IMG/VR virus record: IMGVR_UViG_3300021424_000003
Coordinates: 1-64,000 of that record
DNA: 64,000 bases
DNA from: a virus
Direction: 5' to 3' (one strand)
The notes below the pieces were generated by a model. The model searched no databases and was not told the origin of the DNA. It saw only the letters and a program-made list of their open reading frames with translations. The translations under genes were made by a program, and so were the position numbers. Shown here piece after piece: positions 18,003 to 27,616 of this stretch (position 1 is the stretch's first letter; every line of letters begins with the position of its first letter).

Positions 18003-19462
18003 TTAAAACAATATGTGTTGCTGGTTCAGGAACGGCTGGGAACATATTCGCCTTGATGCTTAGGCAGGCATTTCCGTCATGTGAAATCATAAAGGTCTAC
18101 TCTCCAGAAATAGGCATAGTTGGCGTCGGTGAGGGCTCGACTGAACACTGGAAAATGTTTATGAATATGTGTGAAATCCCATTAGGGGAGATGATTGTAG
18201 AGACTTCAGCTACACACAAACTAGGAATTAGGTTCGAAGGGTGGACAAATCACACCCCTGATTATTTTCACAGTATTAGCGGCAACGAGTATCTAAACCA
18301 GTTTGGGCTAATGGGGCTGTACTCGGGTCTTAATGAAAACAGAAAACTTCTAACTAATTCAATTTCTTATAGAGGTCTTATAGAGCATTCCGTCCACTCG
18401 AAAGACCCACACAACAGGACAAATCAGTTTCACTTTGACACTTTCAAGCTCAATAAATACTTCGAAAAGCTGTGTATTCAAAGGAATATAAAACTTGTAG
18501 AGGCTGAGATAAAAAATGTGGAAATTGATGTGGAAAACGGACGAATAAAGTCCCTTCACCTAGACAATAATAAAGCTGTCAGTGCTGACATATTTATTGA
18601 CGCAACGGGTTTCAAAAGAGTGCTGATGTCGGCCGTCGGCGCAAATAAATGGAAGTCATATTCTAAATTCCTCCCTATGAATGCGGCAATCGCATTTCCT
18701 TCAGCTTTGCCAGAAGACAGAAAAATAAACCCCTTCACTAGGGCTATAGCAAAATCATCTGGGTGGATGTGGGAAATTCCCACACAAGAGAGACGTGGCA
18801 ACGGTTATGTGTACTGCTCTGAATTTATTTCTGAAGAAGAGGCTGTTAATGAGGCGTCTACTCAGGTCGGCTTCGAGGTTGAACCAGCAAGAAAGTTCTC
18901 AATAGACCCAGGTTGTCTTGAGGAGCAATGGGTGAAGAACGTCATTTCAGCAGGACTATGTTCAAGTTTTGTCGAGCCACTCGAAGCAACCTCCATAGGT
19001 TCAACAGTGATGCAATCTGTGGCGGCAGTTAGGTATTTGGCTGGATACAACGGAAGCCCGGTTTTGGCAAAAAACTACAACGCGCGGATGAATGAAATGA
19101 TGGAGAATCTCGTGTCCATGATTTCTCTTCACTATCTCTCAGATAGGGGAGATACGGAATTTTGGAGATTCGCCCAGGGGCTGGATAGGCCGGAATATCT
19201 GGTCGAACTTCTGGAGCTTTGGGCAGTGAGACCACCGACAGAGGGGGACATGAAGAAGGGGCAATATGAGTTATTCCATGAACCCCATTTCTGGCATGTA
19301 GCTCAGGGCCAGGGGCTCATCAGCGCTGACGCCTCCTCGCGTATAATTGACATGCTTGGTATTAGGCAGGCAGTCAACAAAAAAATATGGGACCTCAAGG
19401 TTGAGCAAACCGCTGAACCAGTGATTGACCATCTAAAAGCACTACTTGCTCTAAAGGAGTAA
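17999..19462 (+). CDS. Flavin-dependent (tryptophan-halogenase-family) halogenase
   Basis: GSGTAG FAD motif, GVGEGS, THKLGIRF (catalytic Lys position), WMWEIP (WxWxIP), FVEPLEATSI. Confidence 0.9.
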   Translation: MIKTICVAGSGTAGNIFALMLRQAFPSCEIIKVYSPEIGIVGVGEGSTEHWKMFMNMCEIPLGEMIVETSATHKLGIRFEGWTNHTPDYFHSISGNEYLNQFGLMGLYSGLNENRKLLTNSISYRGLIEHSVHSKDPHNRTNQFHFDTFKLNKYFEKLCIQRNIKLVEAEIKNVEIDVENGRIKSLHLDNNKAVSADIFIDATGFKRVLMSAVGANKWKSYSKFLPMNAAIAFPSALPEDRKINPFTRAIAKSSGWMWEIPTQERRGNGYVYCSEFISEEEAVNEASTQVGFEVEPARKFSIDPGCLEEQWVKNVISAGLCSSFVEPLEATSIGSTVMQSVAAVRYLAGYNGSPVLAKNYNARMNEMMENLVSMISLHYLSDRGDTEFWRFAQGLDRPEYLVELLELWAVRPPTEGDMKKGQYELFHEPHFWHVAQGQGLISADASSRIIDMLGIRQAVNKKIWDLKVEQTAEPVIDHLKALLALKE

Positions 19463-19464
19463 AA

Positions 19465-19713
19465 ATGGGTATAGAACAGTTTCTATCTGCGGAAGATAAA
19501 AAGGCTGCACTTGGGGAGGTTAAGTCACTCCTTGAAAGGGAGATTTATTTCCTGTGCCTGAAAACGGGCGTAGACCCGGAAGAGATTGACCCAGAGACGT
19601 TTACCGCTCAGGGGGTAATCAATCCCGTGCCCGTGAGCATGATGACGTACCAAATAATTGAAACCCATTGTAAGAATCTAGTAGCGGTTACAGCAAAACT
19701 AGCGACAATGTAG
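19465..19713 (+). CDS. Hypothetical protein, GIDP family copy 2
   Basis: EIYFLCLKTGVDPEEIDPETF; RBS AAGGAG. Confidence 0.65.
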   Translation: MGIEQFLSAEDKKAALGEVKSLLEREIYFLCLKTGVDPEEIDPETFTAQGVINPVPVSMMTYQIIETHCKNLVAVTAKLATM

Positions 19714-19723
19714 GGCCCGGATT

Positions 19724-20443
19724 ATGGTATGGCCCCAGTATCTAACGCTACCAAATGAGGTAATTTTTAGACCACCGGCAACGGAGCCGCCTGGTTACAA
19801 TGGCGTTTTTCAGTTAATGAAAAGCTTTTTTGTTGTTGAAGGTCTAAATGTTCCCAGAACTGGGCGTTGCGAGAATCTTTGCTATAGCTCGGACTCCCCG
19901 GTTGTTGGCACAAAATATGAAAGCGAAGTAAACCTACTCGGAAAGAAGTCACCATTTTCCGGCACCTCACTAAAGACAGAGAATCTAAAAGTAGTGCGGT
20001 GGGTAATGGATGTAAAAGGGCTGTTTTCTATTGTGTATCTGGAATACACAGAACACCCAGTCGTCTATGGTGAATCGAGAGACTCTTTCTATTTGGAACA
20101 GGACGACTCCCCGTCAGCGATGTGGGTTGGCAGAACTCTTCCAGAGCTTTTCAAAAACATGAGAGAATGGTCCATCCTTCTGGATGACCCCTTCAATTCT
20201 GACCACCCCGTTGCACAGATTTCCAAAGCTGCATTTGATTACATGGGCACCCCAGAATGGGTGTATGAGGAAATAGATAATATGCCCGATATGCATTTAT
20301 CTAGATTTCTCAAGGGCGATGAAAACTATAGAGAGCTCGTATGGGGGTTCCCTCAGTTTTCTAACGAAATGATTGATTGGCTTGACAGCCACTTTAAAGC
20401 CAATAAATTCAAATCTCTTGAGCAGATGCTTGAGGAAATGTAA
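19724..20443 (+). CDS. Hypothetical protein
   Basis: 239-aa ORF in the operon; no recognised motif. Confidence 0.6.
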   Translation: MVWPQYLTLPNEVIFRPPATEPPGYNGVFQLMKSFFVVEGLNVPRTGRCENLCYSSDSPVVGTKYESEVNLLGKKSPFSGTSLKTENLKVVRWVMDVKGLFSIVYLEYTEHPVVYGESRDSFYLEQDDSPSAMWVGRTLPELFKNMREWSILLDDPFNSDHPVAQISKAAFDYMGTPEWVYEEIDNMPDMHLSRFLKGDENYRELVWGFPQFSNEMIDWLDSHFKANKFKSLEQMLEEM

Positions 20444-20570
20444 TGACATTACAGGAAGAAAAACTTTACAAAGAAGCCCAACCGTACAACCACGGATTTT
20501 TCGTTTTATGGTCTGATTGAAACATTTAAATCAGATGTTCAGACATCAGACAGAATATCTGGCCTATAAA

Positions 20571-20786
20571 TCACCAATGCCCGACTGGGCACTCGGCGTG
20601 CTGTAGACGCACCTTGAGGTTCATAAAACAACCACACTTACGACACTGGTTTGTCGCTTCAATAAAATGAGGGCATTCGGTACATATTGAGTACCTATTA
20701 CGCGCTTCTTCATCGGATGCGTATTTGGTCGACTTCCTGAAAAAGTCTAAAGGAGAGGCTTTTTTACCGCGATTTTCTCTTGTCAC
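20571..20786 (-). CDS. Small Cys-rich (Zn-binding) protein
   Basis: RYSICTECPHF...QCRKCGCFMNLKVRL..AECPVGHW; GTG start overlaps the upstream stop. Confidence 0.7.
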   Translation of the reverse strand: MTRENRGKKASPLDFFRKSTKYASDEEARNRYSICTECPHFIEATNQCRKCGCFMNLKVRLQHAECPVGHW

Positions 20787-21046
20787 GAAAGAGAGTCTAT
20801 CTTGCCTTGCAACATGGCGTAAGCATTGCACAGTTCTTCAATTCGTGACACCTCGATTGATTTACTGGGATTCTTTTCGTCATCTTTAAGTGATGCCAAA
20901 ATTGAGTTTTCAAATGGGTTGGAAATATCTATATCATCAGGGTCTATCCCATTGATGGCCAGCAGTCTGAACAACTCTGTCGCTATTTGTGACTTAGCAG
21001 CAGAAAGCGAAGCCATTTTCTGTATGTTTGAAATTTCAAGTTTCAT
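20783..21046 (-). CDS. Hypothetical protein, GIDP family copy 3
   Basis: ELFRLLAINGIDPDDIDISNP. Confidence 0.65.
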   Translation of the reverse strand: MKLEISNIQKMASLSAAKSQIATELFRLLAINGIDPDDIDISNPFENSILASLKDDEKNPSKSIEVSRIEELCNAYAMLQGKIDSLS

Positions 21047-21054
21047 TTCTTCTC

Positions 21055-22671
21055 CTAATTATTAAGAACAATTATCTGCATTCCTGGAGTGCCAGCTATG
21101 CTCCACGGGGGAATCGGTAAGCTTGATGTACCACCAGAGGTGTCAATTGATATCCCGGAAGGTGGGGATGTCTCGGTAACCAATATTACTCCTCCTCCGC
21201 CCCCAGGATTGCCATTAGTTCCTTCTGTTACTGAGCCAGCAGTTCCCGCTGGTCCGGCCAATCCAGCTACCCCTGCAGCACCACCAGGCCAATCGAAGGA
21301 ATAGTGCCCTACGTTTAGAACTGGTCCAGCATGTCTGTGTACATTTACATCATGGGCTCGGGGCGCTCTATGGTGTACGGTGTACTGGCCGGTAACGTAT
21401 TGTATGCCGCCGGAGAACCCGCCTTGACCGCTGTTATTTGCCCCAGTATGGTTCACGTTGGCGTTGTGATGATAATGAACAGGGTTATCAAGTTGCATGT
21501 GCGCATAATTACCCGCTGGAGCTCCACCGGTAGATGAAGGAGAGGAAAAGTGATTATGGTTTACCCCATTTATAGAAGTAAAATCACCGGCGAACGGAAC
21601 AAAGTTATTTAGTATCCCATGGTCATGGTGGGTTGCTGCCGCAAAAGTCGGAATACCACCTATTGATGCTGAGTAATGCTCTTCATACACATATCTTTGA
21701 GACGCAGAGCTGGCATGACTCATGATAAATGAGCCATTCGTTGGGTCTGGAAAACCAGCCGTACGCGCGCCAGCATGTGAATGCGGCAGTGGGGTTGTGT
21801 GGTGGTCCTGTCCACTGTGGTGCGCTGGCCTAGTGTGATGGTATGTATAAAAGGCAACAGCGTGTCCAGTCTTAGCGGCTGGAGAAGAGCCTCCCGAACC
21901 AGGCGAGCCTCCATGCATTGGCCCTGGCGCTATTGCCGGTGTTTTATCAATTCCATTCCTTCCTTGACTAAAAATTGTTCCACTTCCAGCGACAGTCTTT
22001 GCCGCGACTATTACAACAGGTCCACCAAAACCTCCTGCTCCGCCAACCCCCGCTGTACCCGGCGAAGCCAAAGCGCCTCTTGTCCCTGGCGTTGCATCCG
22101 AGCCTTTTCCACCAGGAACACCATGGTTGTTTGCATCTGGTGGATACTGTCCAGGACTACCGCCTGTACCGGCAGAACCGGGCCATGTTGCAGGGGAATC
22201 TGTACCGGGTGTTAGTGTTCCATTTGTTCCAGATGTTCCTCCGGAACCGCCAGAAAGCTGCCTCAAAATCCCAGAAGACTCCCGGTATGAGCCAGATACA
22301 GCAGATTGCACATCATTTAAAATAGATGCGGGTATTTGTGTTGCTGTTGTTCCAGGACCAGCTCCGCCTATTGAGTAAATTACCGCAGTAGAAGATGGTG
22401 TATTCCCAGATACAGTACCGGAAGTAACAGTTGTATTGCTTTTCACACCTATGGAACCATTTATCGTCAGTGCACTTTTCACAAAAACCCTGAACCCATT
22501 CGTGTTTAGATGAACCCCAGAATTTATTGTTAGATTGTTATAGTGCATGTCCCTAGATAGCGAGGTGTTGGCTGAAATAACAACGTTTCCATCCACGCCA
22601 CTTCCATAGACAGAATCGTTGCCAATTCTTTGTTTAAAGGTTTTATCTGGAAATCTTACGAGCGAACCCAT
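21055..22671 (-). CDS. Gly-rich adhesin-like protein with His-rich insert
   Basis: GGxGG and G-x-x tracts; 27 His in about 187 aa; N-terminus paralogous to 22673. Confidence 0.7.
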   Translation of the reverse strand: MGSLVRFPDKTFKQRIGNDSVYGSGVDGNVVISANTSLSRDMHYNNLTINSGVHLNTNGFRVFVKSALTINGSIGVKSNTTVTSGTVSGNTPSSTAVIYSIGGAGPGTTATQIPASILNDVQSAVSGSYRESSGILRQLSGGSGGTSGTNGTLTPGTDSPATWPGSAGTGGSPGQYPPDANNHGVPGGKGSDATPGTRGALASPGTAGVGGAGGFGGPVVIVAAKTVAGSGTIFSQGRNGIDKTPAIAPGPMHGGSPGSGGSSPAAKTGHAVAFYTYHHTRPAHHSGQDHHTTPLPHSHAGARTAGFPDPTNGSFIMSHASSASQRYVYEEHYSASIGGIPTFAAATHHDHGILNNFVPFAGDFTSINGVNHNHFSSPSSTGGAPAGNYAHMQLDNPVHYHHNANVNHTGANNSGQGGFSGGIQYVTGQYTVHHRAPRAHDVNVHRHAGPVLNVGHYSFDWPGGAAGVAGLAGPAGTAGSVTEGTNGNPGGGGGVILVTETSPPSGISIDTSGGTSSLPIPPWSIAGTPGMQIIVLNN

Positions 22672-22672
22672 G

Positions 22673-23383
22673 TTATATGACCTGCATGTAAAAAACTGTC
22701 CCAGCGTTTTGACCAGCTACATCCGTAGCCACTCCAGATGGAAGTGAAACCCCACTTGAAACAATTAATATGACTCCTCCACCGGCAGGTGCTGTTCCTG
22801 GAGCCCTAAACGATGCAGTTCCTGATGATGGTCCACCTATGTATCGAGCAGAAACTACCACAACTCCACCACCCGGCTGGCTGTTCCCACCAGCGCCGCC
22901 CCTAAGGTATGTTGGGCCACCCCCAGATGCGGTGATAGAATAACCAGTTATCGCCTGATGTGGAACTCTAAAATATTCAGTGCCGCCTAATGCTGCGGTA
23001 GGTGGAGTAGCGGTAAATCCAGAAGCTGAACCACCAAGGCTATGGGTAACCGATGTAGACGCTGCACCACCCTGCTGTATGGAGCCAGCGGTTGAAAACC
23101 CAGTAGTAAAACCAATTACCGAGCTAGAGCCAAAACTGAGAGTTCCCTTTACGAATATTCTGTATCCGTTTGGCGCTAGTCGTACTCCAGAGTTAATAGA
23201 CAAGTTCTGAAAATGAATGTCTCGAGTCATTGAGTAGACGTTCCCAGATGGGGTCATGCTTAAAACTGCGCTAGACCCGTCTAGGGTGGCGTTGCCATCC
23301 ATCCCGGTTCCATATACCGGGTCGGCTGAGTCAAGAAACTGCGCTAGTGTATTTTGCGCTGGGTAGCGCTCAATGCCAGGCAT
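22673..23383 (-). CDS. Gly-rich adhesin-like protein (short paralog)
   Basis: VYGTGMDG...RDIHFQNLSINSGVRL..NGYRIFVK; GGAGG/GGGV motifs. Confidence 0.65.
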   Translation of the reverse strand: MPGIERYPAQNTLAQFLDSADPVYGTGMDGNATLDGSSAVLSMTPSGNVYSMTRDIHFQNLSINSGVRLAPNGYRIFVKGTLSFGSSSVIGFTTGFSTAGSIQQGGAASTSVTHSLGGSASGFTATPPTAALGGTEYFRVPHQAITGYSITASGGGPTYLRGGAGGNSQPGGGVVVVSARYIGGPSSGTASFRAPGTAPAGGGVILIVSSGVSLPSGVATDVAGQNAGTVFYMQVI

Positions 23384-23386
23384 CGA

Positions 23387-23722
23387 TTACTCCTCATAGG
23401 CATTGATTGTTACGGAGACAGTACCGCCAGCTCCACAGTAAAAGTAAAGCCTATCTGTTGAAGCCATCCGAATATTTGTATTGAAAGTTATGGTCTCGTT
23501 TGCTGCTATTGACTGACCATTGAATATTCTGTTTACTGAAGTTTCTGACCCAGTAGTCGAAACGCCAAAAGTAACAGTTGTAGCAGAGCCGGAATTACAA
23601 AAAATAACCTGCTTAACTACCCCGGTCGTGGCAGTCGGCGAATAACGCCCTGTTGCCGTATCAGATGACCAGCTACCAGTTGGGACTGCCTTGGGGCCAA
23701 ATCTCACTGCATCCAGACTCAT
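23387..23722 (-). CDS. KQ adaptor-domain protein
   Basis: RFGP...VVKQVIFCN...NRIFN..SIAANETI. Confidence 0.6.
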   Translation of the reverse strand: MSLDAVRFGPKAVPTGSWSSDTATGRYSPTATTGVVKQVIFCNSGSATTVTFGVSTTGSETSVNRIFNGQSIAANETITFNTNIRMASTDRLYFYCGAGGTVSVTINAYEE

Positions 23723-24207
23723 GCGGATACCTCCATAATTGTTTTAAGCTGCAAATCTCTGAGGTTCGTTGCATAAGAAATCGAACCGCCAGTACCGAAG
23801 TTTACAGAAGACCCATCTGTGCCAGAGAAGCTAACGGTGTTGCTCACCGTAAGCGTTTTAGTGTCGGCAACTGTTATCGTTGCCCCGACCGCCGGGGGCG
23901 TAAGGGTAACTCTGTTGACGACTATGGGGGTTTGCAACTTTTCGGTCGTAATTGTCCCATCGCCAACAACAAACTGCTCTGAGTCAACCCATGCAACTCC
24001 GTTGTAATACTGAACCTTTTGTTCGTTAACTAGATAAACGAATCTCCCCGGGGCGAGGGCGGGTTTTGTAATTCCGTCTCCAAAGGCATTATTTCTGGCT
24101 GTTGCATTTGCAAAGATGGCAACAACCTGGTCCATGAAATAGCCATTGAGCTCGTCGTCCGAGAGCACCTCACCATTTCTGAAAATTTTTACACCGAGAC
24201 CAGCCAT
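23719..24207 (-). CDS. Fibre-base/minor tail protein
   Basis: GVKIFRNGEVLS..ELNGYFMDQVVAIFANATARN...YYNGVAW. Confidence 0.65.
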   Translation of the reverse strand: MAGLGVKIFRNGEVLSDDELNGYFMDQVVAIFANATARNNAFGDGITKPALAPGRFVYLVNEQKVQYYNGVAWVDSEQFVVGDGTITTEKLQTPIVVNRVTLTPPAVGATITVADTKTLTVSNTVSFSGTDGSSVNFGTGGSISYATNLRDLQLKTIMEVSA

Positions 24208-24262
24208 ATGCCCTCCAGATACTTGATAATTTTACCATTTGAATAAAAATGAATGAGCACTT

Positions 24263-25774
24263 TTACCTTCGCACTTGACCTACGTCTGGGGTGGTAGGAA
24301 CATTCGTACCAGGGTTTGCGTAGGAGAAAGTGTCCGCTGTAACTGCGGTTACCGTGTATGTACCACTAAAAGGCCCACCAGAGGCGTCTACATCTATAAC
24401 CTCAACAATGTCACCAACCAGAATCCCGTGTGTTCCGTCTGTGGTAATTGTTGCGACATCACTTGACCTTGATTTTGAAAGAACATCGAACCAGTCATAA
24501 CCGTCGTTTGTCTCTCCAATCGGAATACCACTAGATGAGCCGACTATGCCAAGAACTGGGTTACCCACCGTGAACTCGAACTCATCTTTAGCTTCATGAT
24601 AGATTTTGTACCCCATCGGCCTAGCGTCTTCCACCGACTGGAGGATTAACTCGCTTGATTCAAGTTCAGCGACACAATCGGAAGTTTCATTAACCAAGGT
24701 TTGAATAAGTATCTTGAATGGGTCGCCAAGGTATTCCGGTGTTATAGCTACCGCATATGTAGAGGGGTTTCCGTTTTTAGTAAAATGAAGGCACTGTTTT
24801 GCAGATTCCAAGAGAGCCTGTCTGCTCCCTGCAGCAATTCCGTAAAACCCTGTTGATAATTGCCATCTTTCATATGACCGCTCAGCTTCTGAAGACGGCA
24901 AATATGGTGAACCAGAAGAGCTGTATACGTTTTTTCTAGATTTTGTCCCAACGAATTGAGCCAGCCATGGAGCGTATCTGGGATTTACGTAATATGGGTT
25001 TGACAAGGTGCTGTGAACATTGTTGATTGTTATTTGCTCTTGAAGCGAGTTCAGAACATACGGCTGGTGCTCATATAGGGCCTTGTACTCCTCAAAAGCA
25101 TCATCGGCAGAAGCAGTCATACAGTCTATTAGACGATGCATCGGCATGGTTGGGTCTGTTTGCTGAGAGTCAATATCCCAATAAAAGTCCGGCATAAGCA
25201 GTCTCGAGCTATGAACAAATATATTTTCATAATACATTTGGTCATCTATTAGGTTCGGAGAAGTTATGTAAACAATAGAACCATTATGTCCACTTACTTC
25301 AATTCTCGCCTTTACCGCGTAAGTTGCTGAAGAACTTATTGGGATAGTAAGCAAATTACTTCGTATCGTGGTGAAAGAACCTGGATATACGGTCTTGGTT
25401 AGTGGTGTTACTGATGTGTGGGCTTGTGTTGATAGATGTAGGTATGTTGTTACGGTACAGACCGATGGGGTTATGATTTTTGCATTAAACGAAAATCTTC
25501 TAGCGTTATCGCCTACAAGTAACTGTGTTTCAAAGTCTGTGTAAACATGAATATCAGCTCCAGTGACTGGATTTATGTTTAGTGAGTACCTTGAGAGCAC
25601 GCTGTAGGGTTCAGGTACTATTTCTATGGTCGGTGTTATTGATAGAGATGATGAGCCAACACGCCACCCTGCATCATAAGAATACGAAGAAGTTATTTCA
25701 GATGGATACCCCGTAGAGCGAGATTTTACATACAGCCCGGTTTGGTCGCTAAATCGATTAACTGTTTTTGACAT
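24263..25774 (-). CDS. Baseplate wedge protein (gpI-like) with C-terminal beta domain
   Basis: PWLAQFVG motif; follows baseplate J; C-terminal ATITT..HGILVGD domain also present in J. Confidence 0.65.
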   Translation of the reverse strand: MSKTVNRFSDQTGLYVKSRSTGYPSEITSSYSYDAGWRVGSSSLSITPTIEIVPEPYSVLSRYSLNINPVTGADIHVYTDFETQLLVGDNARRFSFNAKIITPSVCTVTTYLHLSTQAHTSVTPLTKTVYPGSFTTIRSNLLTIPISSSATYAVKARIEVSGHNGSIVYITSPNLIDDQMYYENIFVHSSRLLMPDFYWDIDSQQTDPTMPMHRLIDCMTASADDAFEEYKALYEHQPYVLNSLQEQITINNVHSTLSNPYYVNPRYAPWLAQFVGTKSRKNVYSSSGSPYLPSSEAERSYERWQLSTGFYGIAAGSRQALLESAKQCLHFTKNGNPSTYAVAITPEYLGDPFKILIQTLVNETSDCVAELESSELILQSVEDARPMGYKIYHEAKDEFEFTVGNPVLGIVGSSSGIPIGETNDGYDWFDVLSKSRSSDVATITTDGTHGILVGDIVEVIDVDASGGPFSGTYTVTAVTADTFSYANPGTNVPTTPDVGQVRR

Positions 25775-25776
25775 GT

Positions 25777-27237
25777 TTATACCGAAACGTAAGTAAATAT
25801 TATGCCTGTCGGGTCCAGTGAAGGGGCCCAGCCTTTACGGGAAGGCTCGAGGTCCGTGGCGAGCTGAGTCAACCACCCATCTGCGGTAGTTCCAATTAAG
25901 GAAAGAGATTGGACATATCTAACACCAGGGATTTGGCTAATTAAGCCGATAATTACATTCTTTCTTACGATGTCTTCGTGCGTTGGGAATCCAGACGGGC
26001 TTAAGTATTCAATTACTGTATTTTCAATAATTTGTTCTAGAGGTTCCCTATCGTATGCTGTATCCAAAACTATTGAACCCTCTATCGAAAGAGGAAGAAT
26101 TCCCATATTTTCTACGTTGACAGTGAGGCCACCTATTGCTGCCTCTGCTACAGCAAGTTTGATTATTTCTTTTTGTTCTGTTTCGACAAATCCACCAAGA
26201 CCATAAACATATGTTGCTATATGACCGACAACCTCTTTGCCGCGCACTGCTGTTCCAGAATCTGAAGTAGACGATACGTTTCCTCCGGCGCTCAAATATG
26301 AAAAAGTAGTTGAAGTAATTGCAGTAACTTCTACTTCTCCGTCAAAAGCTCCAGAAGGAGAGCCCGCAGCAGATATATCACTTACCGTAATTATGTCACC
26401 GACAAGTATCTGGTGAGCTTCCGATGTTGTCAGCGTTGCAACACCAGATGCCCTTGATTTAGTGGTAATAGAATAAGTTTTTTCTGTGTCTCTATTACCA
26501 ACGTCTGGGTCACCGTTTGTTAGGTCATAAGTTCTAACTCTTCCTACATAGCCGACGTAATTATTTGCTATAAATGCATCAACCTGAGTTGACTTTGCAA
26601 GAGTGGAAGATAGGGACGAAAGATACGATGTGGCTCTCGACAGGAATTCTGCAGAGTTTTCTTCATTAAAACCATTTTGGAAGTAGCTGCCAGCAGCAAC
26701 GCTAAGTATTTCTGTGGACGGGGAAAGAATCAGCAGCGACTCCCCTTCTGCAATAACTGGTATAACACCGGGCAAAAATGCTTCACACAATACTGTTCCC
26801 GATGGGTACGGGTCCCCACCAACGTATGACTCGTCTGCCGGTATATCGAGCGATTCAACTGTCTGAAATACAATCTCAGTTGTTTCATCTTCGAAGGTGT
26901 AGGGGTATCCAAATAGCGTTCCCGAAGCTATTGTTGCCCCCTCGTAGGAATCAGCCGTTATTGTTACGGACATTTCTGCAGGAATAGCGGGTCTCTGCGT
27001 AACGCCCATCATGGAAAGTATTCCAGACATAACACTATCTGGGAGCCTGTTGAGACCAGTTGCCATCTGCCACCCAATATATGAAATTGCCTGGAACATG
27101 GCGTCTTCCACTGTTCCAACTCGCAAATTAAACTCCGGGAGAGTCAATCTCGCCATTTCTATAGCTTCGAGATAAAGGTCTCCCGGAGTCTTGTCGAAAA
27201 TTGTCAAATCTACGTACTGCGAAAAATCAGCCGTCAT
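25777..27237 (-). CDS. Baseplate J-like protein
   Basis: LNRLPD..M.GIL.MMGV, TI.SGT, IGLISQIPGVRYV. Confidence 0.8.
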   Translation of the reverse strand: MTADFSQYVDLTIFDKTPGDLYLEAIEMARLTLPEFNLRVGTVEDAMFQAISYIGWQMATGLNRLPDSVMSGILSMMGVTQRPAIPAEMSVTITADSYEGATIASGTLFGYPYTFEDETTEIVFQTVESLDIPADESYVGGDPYPSGTVLCEAFLPGVIPVIAEGESLLILSPSTEILSVAAGSYFQNGFNEENSAEFLSRATSYLSSLSSTLAKSTQVDAFIANNYVGYVGRVRTYDLTNGDPDVGNRDTEKTYSITTKSRASGVATLTTSEAHQILVGDIITVSDISAAGSPSGAFDGEVEVTAITSTTFSYLSAGGNVSSTSDSGTAVRGKEVVGHIATYVYGLGGFVETEQKEIIKLAVAEAAIGGLTVNVENMGILPLSIEGSIVLDTAYDREPLEQIIENTVIEYLSPSGFPTHEDIVRKNVIIGLISQIPGVRYVQSLSLIGTTADGWLTQLATDLEPSRKGWAPSLDPTGIIFTYVSV

Positions 27238-27238
27238 C

Positions 27239-27538
27239 TCATCCCTCCGTTATAACAAATGAAAAACTTACACCAGCAGTGCCGTCTGTTTTTGTATTCA
27301 CTGATAAGGAGGTAATTTCTACCTCAGGAACATAACGTGCAGCATTCAAAATAAATAAACCCCTATCAATCGAGGTAAAAGACGGGTCATTGACCCCAAA
27401 AAATGGGGAATACGGGTGTGTTCGAGGCTCAGTGAGGATAGCCATTGTCAATAGTTGTGCGTAATAATCCTCAGAACCGTCACGAAGAAGCTCTAGGCCG
27501 TCAGAGCCAAATCTTATAGGAAATTTAATTGTGTTCAT
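27239..27538 (-). CDS. Baseplate gp25/W-like sheath initiator
   Basis: LTEP..HP..PFFGVNDP; position just upstream of J. Confidence 0.65.
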   Translation of the reverse strand: MNTIKFPIRFGSDGLELLRDGSEDYYAQLLTMAILTEPRTHPYSPFFGVNDPSFTSIDRGLFILNAARYVPEVEITSLSVNTKTDGTAGVSFSFVITEG

Positions 27539-27616
27539 TGTTTTCGCTCTCCTGAATAATACATTTTAATTCATTTTTTAACCCTAATGCGACGTCATTT
27601 GTTGCCGATATTGAGG

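Noticed and set aside
20443-20570. 25-codon ORF (MTLQEEKLYK...) and short CAGA repeats at the convergence point of the two operons
   Set aside because: Too short to support; possibly a gene remnant, with no recognisable motif.
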